Origin: Patescibacteria group bacterium
Lineage (GTDB): Bacteria; Patescibacteriota; Saccharimonadia; CAILAD01; BJGX01
DNA: 42,074 nucleotides
NCBI GenBank assembly: GCA_009691555.1
Contig: SICB01000001.1
Coordinates: forward strand, 1 to 42,074
Reading direction: 5' to 3'
Each line of letters starts with the position of its first letter. Position 1 is the first letter of the stretch. Under the pieces are notes generated by a model. The model made no database searches, was not told the DNA's origin, and saw only the letters and a list, made by a program, of their open reading frames with translations. Made by a program: the position numbers and the translations under genes. Shown piece after piece: positions 25,372 to 33,112 of the stretch.

Positions 25372-26488
25372 AACAATTTGGCTGGCTGGTAATTTTGATA
25401 ATCTTTTGCTGGCCGCCACGGCGCTACTCGTAACCCTAGGCTTGATAGTGCTCTACTCGCTTGGTATTAAAGCCAAACAAGTTTCTAATCAGCTCGATAG
25501 TACCAGGCAAATAGTCTATGCCCTGATTGGCGTTTTTCTTTTGGTACTGGCCGCCAGAAACGACTACAAGATTCTCAAAAACTATAGCGGAATATTGTAC
25601 GTTTTTATGATTGTCTCACTCTTAGCGGTGGAGTTTTTTGGTGCTTCAAGGCTTGGAGCCACTCGTTGGATAGCACTGGGGCCATTTCAGTTTCAGCCAT
25701 CTGAGCTGGCAAAACTAATCCTAATAATTGTGCTGGCTAAGTTTTATGCCCAAAACTTCGACTTTACCGGCCAGCTGAGGTTTTTGGTTAGGTCGCTGGT
25801 GTACTGTCTGCCGGCGATATTTTTAGTGCTAGTTCAGCCAGACCTTGGAACAGCAATTGTGCTAGCATCGATATGGCTGGTCATGACACTAGCTACTAAA
25901 GTCAAAAAGAAATACCTGCTAGCGCTGTTTATGGTCTTATTATTATCGATGCCGATAGTCTATCCGATGCTCAAAGATTACCAGAGGCAGCGTATCGATA
26001 CATTCTTGCAGCCATCCAAGGACCCGAGCGGCACAGGCTATAATGTCAATCAGGCGATAATTGCAGTTGGCTCGGGAGGGTTATACGGCCAAGGATTGGG
26101 AGCCGGAAGTCAAAGCCAGGGCAATTTTTTGCCAAGTTCGCACACCGACTTTGTATTTGCAGTCTTGGCCGAGAAATTGGGATTTTTGGGGGCTTTGGTT
26201 TGTATACTGCTGTTCGTGGCTGTGATAGCTAGAATGATAGTCGATGCCACCCTCAGCCATGACCGTTTTGGAAGCCTGCTGTGCATTGGTATCGCCACAA
26301 TGTTTGTGGTGCATGTGATGGTTAATATTGGTATGAACCTCGGTATTATGCCAGTTACAGGTATACCGTTACCATTCATATCGTTCGGCGGAACTAGCCT
26401 AATGGTAAGCCTTTCTGCTATTGGCTTGGTCGAGAGTGTTTATTTTAGAAGGCGCGGTCGAGAGCTCAAGGACTCGGAGTTAGTATAA
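25361..26488 (+). CDS. ftsW: SEDS-family peptidoglycan glycosyltransferase (FtsW/RodA/SpoVE)
   Basis: A 10-TM pattern with QPSELAK, LVQPDLGT, HTDFVFA and PLPFISFGGTS motifs. It overlaps the ileS stop by 11 nt. I could not resolve FtsW from RodA. Confidence 0.85.
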   Translation: MKRKTIWLAGNFDNLLLAATALLVTLGLIVLYSLGIKAKQVSNQLDSTRQIVYALIGVFLLVLAARNDYKILKNYSGILYVFMIVSLLAVEFFGASRLGATRWIALGPFQFQPSELAKLILIIVLAKFYAQNFDFTGQLRFLVRSLVYCLPAIFLVLVQPDLGTAIVLASIWLVMTLATKVKKKYLLALFMVLLLSMPIVYPMLKDYQRQRIDTFLQPSKDPSGTGYNVNQAIIAVGSGGLYGQGLGAGSQSQGNFLPSSHTDFVFAVLAEKLGFLGALVCILLFVAVIARMIVDATLSHDRFGSLLCIGIATMFVVHVMVNIGMNLGIMPVTGIPLPFISFGGTSLMVSLSAIGLVESVYFRRRGRELKDSELV

Positions 26489-27019
26489 ATGCGAACCAAA
26501 AAAATACTAACTATCGGAGTAGTACTTGTTTTGGCTGGAGTAGCCGTATGGTTTAGCAAAACCAGCGCCACTCCAGTCAAAACCTCAAATCGCGAAACCT
26601 ATGAGGTCAAAAAAGTTGATGACGGCGATACGCTCCAGATATTTCGCTACGGACGCAGCGAAAAAGTTCGTTTTATAGGCATCGATACACCAGAAACTGT
26701 TGATCCTCGCAAGCCGGTGCAGTGTTTTGGCAAGGAGGCTTCAGCAAAAACCAAACAGCTACTGACTGGCAAAACAATACGAATCGAATTTGACCCGATT
26801 GTTGGAGAGCGCGATAAGTACGACCGTTTGCTAGCCTATGTCTGGCTGGACAGTGAGCTCATTAATTTGACTTTGCTGCGTGAGGGCTACGCCCACGAAT
26901 ACACCTACCGCTCCCAGGCCTACAAGTACCAAAGCGACTTCAAGCAAGCCGAGGCCGGGGCTCGACAAAGCGAAGTTGGGCTATGGTCGCCACAAACTTG
27001 CGCTGGGGTCACAAAGTAA
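26489..27019 (+). CDS. Membrane-anchored/secreted thermonuclease (staphylococcal nuclease, SNase fold)
   Basis: N-terminal signal/anchor helix ILTIGVVLVLAGVAVWF. SNase motifs are present: VDDGDTLQI, RFIGIDTPE, GKEAS and LLREGYAH. Its ATG abuts the SEDS gene stop. Confidence 0.85.
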   Translation: MRTKKILTIGVVLVLAGVAVWFSKTSATPVKTSNRETYEVKKVDDGDTLQIFRYGRSEKVRFIGIDTPETVDPRKPVQCFGKEASAKTKQLLTGKTIRIEFDPIVGERDKYDRLLAYVWLDSELINLTLLREGYAHEYTYRSQAYKYQSDFKQAEAGARQSEVGLWSPQTCAGVTK

Positions 27020-27024
27020 CTAAA

Positions 27025-27519
27025 ATGAAAAAAATTATGAAACAGCCTTTTGACCCAACCAAAAAACACCGCGAGCGAGAGCTAATTCAAGATTTCGTTA
27101 ATATCTGCCCAGATTTTGCTGGCTGGGAGTTTCAGGCTTATTCCGAAAACCCAGATATGGCCTACGTCAAAGACGGCAAGCAACTGGGTTTTGATAGCGT
27201 CATCATCTCAGACGACCAAGCCTCCGTGCAGTGTGTTTATAGCCCGCAGCTGTGCCGGCTATCTTTGCCTGCCAATCTGCCGCACGATCAGCGTCTTAAC
27301 CAAATTGAGGTATTTTTTGCTAATAAGCTCTTTACGCATCTTAGAAAATACAGCATACCGACGGTGCTGGTTTTTACGCTAGTAGACACTCGCAGCACTA
27401 GCTTTGCCGATATCGCCGCCATCGCCAAGCAGTTCGAGCTACCAAGGCTCGAGAGTTTTAATATACTGGCCTATTATATTTGCGATAACACCAATTATAT
27501 TAAGATTGCTTCGGCCTAG
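27025..27519 (+). CDS. Hypothetical cytoplasmic protein (164 aa) co-transcribed after the nuclease
   Basis: An open frame with ordinary composition, no TM segment or signal peptide, and no motif I recognise. An alternative upstream ATG at 26983 would overlap the nuclease gene by 37 nt. Confidence 0.5.
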   Translation: MKKIMKQPFDPTKKHRERELIQDFVNICPDFAGWEFQAYSENPDMAYVKDGKQLGFDSVIISDDQASVQCVYSPQLCRLSLPANLPHDQRLNQIEVFFANKLFTHLRKYSIPTVLVFTLVDTRSTSFADIAAIAKQFELPRLESFNILAYYICDNTNYIKIASA

Positions 27520-27534
27520 CTCTTCGTTTATAAT
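27506..27534 (+). promoter_or_regulatory. Promoter candidate TTGCTT-17-TATAAT for the heliorhodopsin gene
   Basis: Hexamers at 27506-27511 and 27529-27534. The SD GAAGGAG lies 6 nt before the ATG at 27590. Confidence 0.45.
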
Positions 27535-27589
27535 TATAAGCATAAGCTTTAATTAAATTAATTGCCTTTATCGGCAACGAAGGAGTCAA

Positions 27590-28369
27590 ATGGCTAAGAA
27601 AAAGATTACGATTGAGGGTCTTCGAAAATTCAATATATTTATGTTCGTGTTTTTTGCAATTCAAGTGGCGGTGATGTTTATGATTGCCAATGCCAAGGTT
27701 AAGTTTCCGATTAATGTCAGCTACCTGACATTTAATACCGACACCAAGAGCCTCGACTCCGCCACCAAGGCTATATACCAGCTCCCATTGGTTTGGCCGA
27801 TTCTAGCATTCTTGGTTATTTGTATGCTAGCCCACCTGATAATTTCTACTATCTACTACCGCCGTTACAAAAAAGACCTCAAGGTCGGCATGAACCGAGC
27901 TCGCTGGATAGAATACAGTTTTTCGGCTAGCACCATGATTGTGGCAATTGCACTACTGACGGGCATCTACGACTTAGTTAGTCTAATTTGTTTATTCGCA
28001 CTGGTGATGGTCATGAATCTCTGTGGCCTGATAATGGAAATCCACAACCAAACTACCGAAAAAACAAAGTGGATTAGTTATATCGTGGGCTGTATTGCAG
28101 GCATCGTGCCCTGGATATGTATTGCAATTTATTTTTGGGCCAGTGCTTCTAATTCGACCTCTGGAGCCAAGATACCAGCCTTCGTTTATTGGATATTTAT
28201 TACTATCTTTTTATTTTTCAATTGTTTTGCTATCAACATGTTCTTACAATACAAAAAGTGGGGACCCTGGAAAAACTACCTCTACGGCGAGCGCGTTTAT
28301 ATTATTTTGAGCTTGGTAGCCAAAACGGCCCTAGCCTGGCAGGTATTCGCCGGTACTCTTAGGCCCTAA
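27590..28369 (+). CDS. Heliorhodopsin (7-TM retinal protein, inverted topology)
   Basis: Collinear with the heliorhodopsin 48C12 sequence as I remember it. Matching blocks are NRARWIEYSFSASTMIV (counterion Glu108), GCIAGIVPWICIAIYF, PAFVYWIFITIFLFFNCFA, LQYKKWGPWKNYLYGERVYIILSLVAKTALAWQVFAGTL (Schiff-base Lys245, codon 28322-28324), and His82 in MLAHLIIS. Confidence 0.9.
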   Translation: MAKKKITIEGLRKFNIFMFVFFAIQVAVMFMIANAKVKFPINVSYLTFNTDTKSLDSATKAIYQLPLVWPILAFLVICMLAHLIISTIYYRRYKKDLKVGMNRARWIEYSFSASTMIVAIALLTGIYDLVSLICLFALVMVMNLCGLIMEIHNQTTEKTKWISYIVGCIAGIVPWICIAIYFWASASNSTSGAKIPAFVYWIFITIFLFFNCFAINMFLQYKKWGPWKNYLYGERVYIILSLVAKTALAWQVFAGTLRP

Positions 28370-28470
28370 AAATGGCCCGCCGACACAAGCTCAAGTGTCC
28401 ATTCGGTATATTCTAGGTAGCCATTTATGGCTTAGGCAACATCGTCAAATTTTTTAAGTAGGCAGAGGCA

Positions 28471-29649
28471 TCAGCTACCAACAATATATAGCTCTTGTTC
28501 GGCCCTGGTGACTGCGGTATATAGCCAGCGTTGCCATTCGTCTTGGCTCATTTTGGGAAAGCGTTCTTCAAAAACCAAGACTCGCTTGGCCTGTGAGCCT
28601 TGGGCCTTATGAACGGTCAGCCCATAGCCAAAATCAAATAGACCGACAACATCTTTTTTGGATCTCTTGGGCAATGTCTTGATGGTTGCGGCAGCTCCAA
28701 ATTGCTCCCGCGGAGCAAAGCCCTCAAAGCTCACGCCGTCGAAGTCGGCCGTGATATTCCACCATAGCAAATCGTTATCATTTGGCACCGATGCGATATT
28801 TGTGATAATGCCAATTTGCCCGTTGCTCAAACCCGTCTCGCGGCTATTGCGCAAACAAACGATAGTATCATTGCGCTGCGGGTCTGGGCCTTCGAAACCC
28901 TTGAGTTCGCGAACATGGCTATTGAGCTTTTGGCGGGTACTGTTGTAGCCACACAAAACCAAGGTGTCGGCATCGTGGCTTTCCAATATGGCTTGCACGG
29001 CGTCGCCGGTGACAGGATCGTTTCGGTCGAGCTTTTCAACACCCTCACCATAGGCTTTAATTGGTATCGCCTGCCCGCTACGAGCCATTGTCGATATCGC
29101 AATTATTGGGCTATCGGCCGCCTGGCGCCATATTTTGTCGAGCTTAATCTCGGGCTCTAGCATCAGGTTGAAGTTGTTGCCAATTGGTGGCAACTGACCG
29201 TGGTCGCCAACCGCCAGCACCGGCTTACCAAAACTCAAGAGGTCGTTCCATATATCCTCGCTCACCATGCTGGCTTCATCGACTATAATTATATCGACCT
29301 TTAGCGAGTCACGCTTGCGCCATTTCAGGACATCACCCTTGCCGGTTTCAGAATAGTACATCAGACTATGGAGGGTCGATATCGAATCGCCCGGCCGTAG
29401 TATCTTGTCTTCAACGAGTTTGCGTTTTAATACCAAAGCCGCCTTGCCTGTAAAGGCCGCAAAGCCCACTTTGGTGGTGGGCATATTGGCGGTTAATACC
29501 TGACGCAAGGTTGCAATCAGAGTAGTTTTGCCTGTGCCGGCATAGCCACCGAGAGTGATATATTGTGGGCCACCTTTATTGTAAGACTTGAGCCAGGCAC
29601 CAATCGCACTTAGCGCGGCAGCTTGTTGGTTTGTAAATTTTTGCATCAC
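28471..29649 (-). CDS. Compact SF1B RecD/Dda/Pif1-like ATP-dependent DNA helicase (392 aa)
   Basis: Walker A GGYAGTGKTT, Walker B IIIVDEASMV, VGDHGQLPPI and TVHKAQGSQA. It has no extra nuclease or N-terminal domains. Confidence 0.8.
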   Translation of the reverse strand: MMQKFTNQQAAALSAIGAWLKSYNKGGPQYITLGGYAGTGKTTLIATLRQVLTANMPTTKVGFAAFTGKAALVLKRKLVEDKILRPGDSISTLHSLMYYSETGKGDVLKWRKRDSLKVDIIIVDEASMVSEDIWNDLLSFGKPVLAVGDHGQLPPIGNNFNLMLEPEIKLDKIWRQAADSPIIAISTMARSGQAIPIKAYGEGVEKLDRNDPVTGDAVQAILESHDADTLVLCGYNSTRQKLNSHVRELKGFEGPDPQRNDTIVCLRNSRETGLSNGQIGIITNIASVPNDNDLLWWNITADFDGVSFEGFAPREQFGAAATIKTLPKRSKKDVVGLFDFGYGLTVHKAQGSQAKRVLVFEERFPKMSQDEWQRWLYTAVTRAEQELYIVGS

Positions 29650-29735
29650 AGGTATTGTACCAGCAATTTGTGCCTTACAAATAATCGCGCAGCTTATTAA
29701 ACTTCATAATATTTTAATGATAGGGCTATATAATT

Positions 29736-29744
29736 TGGTATAAT
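29736..29744 (+). promoter_or_regulatory. Extended -10 promoter element TGgTATAAT, 10 nt upstream of the trxB ATG
   Basis: TGGTATAAT at 29736-29744. A second TATAAT lies 11 nt further upstream. No SD is present before the ATG at 29754. Confidence 0.5.
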
Positions 29745-29753
29745 ATATCTATT

Positions 29754-30689
29754 ATGACCAACCAAACAACACCCCAAAAATACGATTTGATAATAGTAGG
29801 AGCCGGCCCAGCTGGCTACACGGCCGCTATTTATGCTGCCAGAGCAAACATAAAAGTACTAATGGTAGCCGGAACTATTCCTGGCGGACAGCTCCTACTA
29901 ACCACCGAAGTCGAAAACTTTCCGGGTTTTAGAGATGGAGTTATGGGTCCCGAGCTGATGGACGCAATGAAAGCCCAGGCCAAGCGCTTCGGCACCGAAA
30001 TAATCCAAGAGAACGCTACTAAAGTAGATGTCGGCGGCCAGCCAAAAAAAGTCACCATCGGCAAAAATGAATATATTTCGAAGGCACTCATCATATCGAC
30101 CGGTGCCAGCGCCAACTGGCTCGGTCTAGCTAGCGAAGAGCGACTAATGGGCAACGGAGTTTCGTCGTGCGCCACCTGTGATGGTTTCTTTTTTAAAGAC
30201 CAAGAGGTAGTTGTGGTTGGCGGCGGTGATAGCGCCATGGAAGAGGCCTTAACGCTGTCTAAGCTGGCCAGCAAGGTTACTATCGTACACCGCCGAGCCG
30301 AATTTAGGGCAAGCAAGATAATGCAAGACAGGGTGCTAAATAACGACAAAATCGAAGTGCTTTGGAACTCATCGGTCGTCGAGGTACTTGGAAAAGAAAA
30401 GGTCTCGGGCATCAAGACAAAAAACATCAAAACCGGAAAATCCAAGAAGCTAGAATGTAAAGGTCTCTTTATAGCCATTGGACACACCCCCGCCACCGAA
30501 TTATTTAAGGGTTCACTCGAAATGGACAAAGCCGGCTACTTGCGCGTCAAAGACAATGTCAAAACTGCCATCGACGGAGTTTTTGCAGCTGGCGATGTAG
30601 CCGACCCGCATTATCGCCAGGCAATCACTGCAGCTGGCGACGGCTGCCGAGCGGCGCTTGAGGTCGAGAGGTACCTAGAAGGCATCTAA
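29754..30689 (+). CDS. trxB: Thioredoxin-disulfide reductase
   Basis: FAD motif GAGPAGYTAA, redox centre CATCDG, NADPH motif GGGDSAMEEA, and C-terminal GDV.D. Confidence 0.95.
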   Translation: MTNQTTPQKYDLIIVGAGPAGYTAAIYAARANIKVLMVAGTIPGGQLLLTTEVENFPGFRDGVMGPELMDAMKAQAKRFGTEIIQENATKVDVGGQPKKVTIGKNEYISKALIISTGASANWLGLASEERLMGNGVSSCATCDGFFFKDQEVVVVGGGDSAMEEALTLSKLASKVTIVHRRAEFRASKIMQDRVLNNDKIEVLWNSSVVEVLGKEKVSGIKTKNIKTGKSKKLECKGLFIAIGHTPATELFKGSLEMDKAGYLRVKDNVKTAIDGVFAAGDVADPHYRQAITAAGDGCRAALEVERYLEGI

Positions 30690-30771
30690 AAAACCGATAT
30701 TGCCTCGCTCTGTACGGGCTCTTTGTCATAGTAAAGATAAAAAACCAATTAGTTAAAAAAAGATACTAATA

Positions 30772-32169
30772 ATGACCAAGCATCGCAAACCAATTACAAA
30801 ATACGATCTCAGACAAAGACTTATCAGTCGTTCGCTCTGGACTATTTTAATCGTTGAGGTTATTTTTGTATCTACACTTTTGGTGTATTTTTATGTGATA
30901 CTACCTCGACCCAAGCCAGCACCAGCTAGTGCAGTCACAAAAATACAGCAAAAAAAAGAAATTAAAACGGGCAAGATAATTTCCGAAGAGTCAGCAAGGG
31001 TTTTTTCTGCTAGCGAAGTGCAGAGAATAATATCCCAGACCAACAAGCGCTTTGATAGCCCCGTCAATGTCGAGGTCACGAAGCAGACTTTTGTATTTAC
31101 GACCTCTGACGGTACCAAAGATGATGTGCCTGTTTATGCTCGGGTTTATTTGCCATCTGGCAACAACAGAAAGCCAATTTTTGCCTTTGCACCAGGTACT
31201 TCGGGCGTTGCAGATAGTTGTTCGGCCTCGCTCGAAGATCCTGCCAAAAAGGACTGGGCAAATTACGATAGCCTACTTATGGCCTACGCCAGCCAGGGCT
31301 ATGCGGTGGTCACAATCGATTACGAGGGTATGCGCGACAGCTCCCGACAGCATCATTTTATGGTTGCCGAGTTGCAAGCCAAGGCACTACTTGATAGCGT
31401 CCGCGCCATTAGCGCCCTAGCCATAACAAAAGATCAGCTTGATGCCGACAAGGTCTTTAGTGCCGGCTATTCCGAGGGCGGGCAAGCCGCTTACTGGGCC
31501 GACCAAATCAAAGACGACTATGCACCAGAGCTAAACCTCAGTGGCGCAATTGGCTTCGCGCCAGTTACTAGTGTCGAAGAAACCCTCGACGATGCCACCA
31601 GAGGAGCAAACATCAACTGGTTCGGCCCGCTGGTACTGGCGAGCTACGGCGATTGGTACAAGGCCAGCTACCCGGTCGATAAAATCCTCACGAGCCAGTG
31701 GGCCAAAACCTACCTGCAAGATGTGCAGTCTAGCTGCATCGATGGCTTTAGCAAAACCTGGCCCAATAACACCGGCTCAAATAGGTCGGGCGAGATCTAT
31801 ACCAGCGAGTTCATTAAGGCCGCCAAGGATCTCAATATTGCCATCAACCCAATCTACGCCGGGTTTTCTGCTGATATGGCTAAAAACATTGTCGGTAGTA
31901 CCAATACCAGCCGCCCCAAGCTAATCAACCAAGGTATTAACGACAATGTTATTTTATTATCACAAAGCCAGCACGGCTTTGAGCGGATGTGTGTCCAGTC
32001 CAATATCGTGACATTCAAAAAATACGATACCAGCCCTTATGCCATTGCCAATACCAATCCCACCGGAAGCGTCGGTCATTACCAAACAATGAATGCTAGC
32101 TTCAAGGATACCTTGGCTTGGATGCAAAATATCATCTCGCAAAAGCCAGTGCCGAACAGTTGTAAATAG
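30772..32169 (+). CDS. Membrane-anchored/secreted alpha/beta hydrolase, secretory-lipase-like
   Basis: N-terminal TM helix. The nucleophile elbow GYSEGGQAA (GxSxG) sits in an alpha/beta context, and the 465-aa size fits LIP-type lipases. The family assignment is tentative. Confidence 0.5.
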   Translation: MTKHRKPITKYDLRQRLISRSLWTILIVEVIFVSTLLVYFYVILPRPKPAPASAVTKIQQKKEIKTGKIISEESARVFSASEVQRIISQTNKRFDSPVNVEVTKQTFVFTTSDGTKDDVPVYARVYLPSGNNRKPIFAFAPGTSGVADSCSASLEDPAKKDWANYDSLLMAYASQGYAVVTIDYEGMRDSSRQHHFMVAELQAKALLDSVRAISALAITKDQLDADKVFSAGYSEGGQAAYWADQIKDDYAPELNLSGAIGFAPVTSVEETLDDATRGANINWFGPLVLASYGDWYKASYPVDKILTSQWAKTYLQDVQSSCIDGFSKTWPNNTGSNRSGEIYTSEFIKAAKDLNIAINPIYAGFSADMAKNIVGSTNTSRPKLINQGINDNVILLSQSQHGFERMCVQSNIVTFKKYDTSPYAIANTNPTGSVGHYQTMNASFKDTLAWMQNIISQKPVPNSCK

Positions 32170-32192
32170 TTAGCTTGGGATTATTTTATAAT

Positions 32193-32226
32193 AAAAAAAA
32201 GCACCTCTTAATAAAGGGCGCTTTTA
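32193..32226 (-). terminator. Rho-independent terminator after rplU, possibly bidirectional with the lipase-like gene
   Basis: On the minus strand: AAAGCGCC-11 nt loop-GGTGCTTT followed by TTTTT. On the plus strand the stem has an A-C mismatch and is followed by TTTT. Confidence 0.5.
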
Positions 32227-32234
32227 GTAGGTTC

Positions 32235-32549
32235 TTACTTAGATCTTATCTCGGTAATTTCCAAAATAGCATGACGCTGCCGGTGACCTGTTAGGGTTTT
32301 TTGGCGCTTCTTAGCTTTGTACTTCAAAACCTTAACCTTGTCGGCCTTAACATCCGCTTCGATTATCTTTGCAACCACTACAGCTCCTTCGAGCTTTGGT
32401 TTGCCAATTTGTATTTTATCGCCGTCGATTACAATCAATGGTTTGAATTCGATTACATCTTTATCAGAGTGCAATAGCTCAGTCTCAATTTTGTGACCTT
32501 TTTCTACCATGTATTGTTTCGAGCCGGACTCTATTACTGCTATCACTTG
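32235..32549 (-). CDS. rplU: 50S ribosomal protein L21
   Basis: (M)IAVIESGSKQYMVEKG matches the L21 N-terminus. The GTG at 32549 gives 104 aa, with the SD AAGGAAAGGA upstream. The track start (GTG 32570) would add 7 aa. Confidence 0.85.
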   Translation of the reverse strand, partial: QVIAVIESGSKQYMVEKGHKIETELLHSDKDVIEFKPLIVIDGDKIQIGKPKLEGAVVVAKIIEADVKADKVKVLKYKAKKRQKTLTGHRQRHAILEITEIRSK

Positions 32550-32592
32550 TTGGTTTCCTTTCCTTGTCACTTACCTTAAAAGACAATTTATA

Positions 32593-32601
32593 ATTATAGC
32601 A
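32593..32601 (-). promoter_or_regulatory. Extended -10 element TGcTATAAT upstream of rplU
   Basis: The minus-strand reading of 32593-32601 is TGCTATAAT. It predicts a leader of about 40 nt carrying the SD. Confidence 0.45.
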
Positions 32602-32690
32602 CTAAAATAGGTGCGTTGTAAAGAACAAAATGCTCTGCGGTTGCTTGCTTGAGAGAGCGCTCAGAGTTTTTTCTTTGTAGTCTTTATAGA

Positions 32691-32758
32691 TTATTTTTTT
32701 AATTAATCTCATTAGCTATCACTTTTGATGGCAAAAGTAATATAAAACCAGCCGACTT
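32691..32758. repeat. Hairpin module H, locus B copy 1 (68 nt, identical to 33113-33180)
   Basis: ttatttttttaattaatctcattagctatcACTTTTGatggCAAAAGTaatataaaaccagccgactt is a perfect 68-nt direct repeat of the third copy. Confidence 0.9.
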
Positions 32759-32770
32759 CTAATTGATTAT

Positions 32771-32837
32771 AGCTCGCCCCAATAAGCGCCCCAGGCTACC
32801 GAACAATCTTGATCTAAGAATAAACTTGCCCTGAATG
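32771..32837. repeat. Truncated, degraded 5' half of the 154-nt core element
   Basis: agctcgccccaataagcgccccaggctaccgaacaatcttgatctaagaataaacttgccctgaatg matches the first ~65 nt of the core. It has one indel and a 14-nt replacement of the gtg junction, and it breaks inside the internal hairpin. Confidence 0.8.
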
Positions 32838-32885
32838 CTAATTGGCTATCAATAATAATTGTTTTTATATTAATATCATTAATTA

Positions 32886-32907
32886 CCACTTTTGGTATCA
32901 AAAGTGG
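32886..32907. repeat. Variant H palindrome, locus B copy 2
   Basis: CCACTTTTG-gtat-CAAAAGTGG forms a 9-bp stem. Confidence 0.85.
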
Positions 32908-32917
32908 AGCAAAAATA

Positions 32918-33071
32918 GCCGACTGTGGCTCGCCCCAATAAGCGCCCCAGGCTACCGCACAATCTTGATCCAGAATAAACTTGCCCTGAATATTAACATT
33001 TCAGGGCTTCAAACAATCCTGGATAATGATTAGTCCGTTAGCCTGTTGCTTTCTTGGAGCTCGATGTCGGC
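32918..33071. repeat. 154-nt conserved intergenic core element, copy B (candidate structured RNA or MITE-like element)
   Basis: The full-length counterpart of 3150-3303. Closing inverted repeat is gccgac...gtcggc, and the internal hairpin lies at 32983-33007. Confidence 0.85.
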
Positions 33072-33112
33072 AGAAACCAGCAGAGGACAGAGTACATTTA
33101 CAGCAATAATAA

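Noticed and set aside
28372-28410. A hairpin between the heliorhodopsin gene and the helicase gene (aatgg..gacac-aagctcaa-gtgtc-catt), considered as a bidirectional terminator.
   Set aside because: The stem is interrupted by a 6-nt bulge. Only the minus-strand reading is followed by a short U-run, and it lies about 60 nt past the helicase stop. This is too weak to call.
29831-30529. Long antisense ORFs: 232 aa opposite trxB, 175 aa opposite ftsZ (20262-20789), 141 aa opposite secD (9323-9748), and 148 aa opposite lnt (3626-4072).
   Set aside because: Each lies entirely within a confidently identified gene on the other strand. They have Ser/Pro/Ala-biased shadow composition and no RBS. They are typical antisense frame artefacts.
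32842-33033. A 63-aa track ORF, and a 17-codon GTG ORF, inside the repeat core.
   Set aside because: The 63-aa ORF spans module junctions and has low-complexity, Asn/Ile-rich content. The 17-codon ORF accumulates only non-synonymous differences between the two copies and is absent from the truncated copy.
33050-33071. The core ends with ttggagCTCGATGTCGG. This shares an 11-nt run with the 23S rRNA peptidyl-transferase-centre segment (..GGCACCUCGAUGUCGGCUC..), which raised the idea of an rRNA or intron-derived fragment.
   Set aside because: Similarity does not extend on either side. The preceding ggataa...ttgg segment has a different length and sequence from 23S. No rRNA operon or homing endonuclease is nearby. 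An 11-mer match recalled after the fact is within chance expectation.
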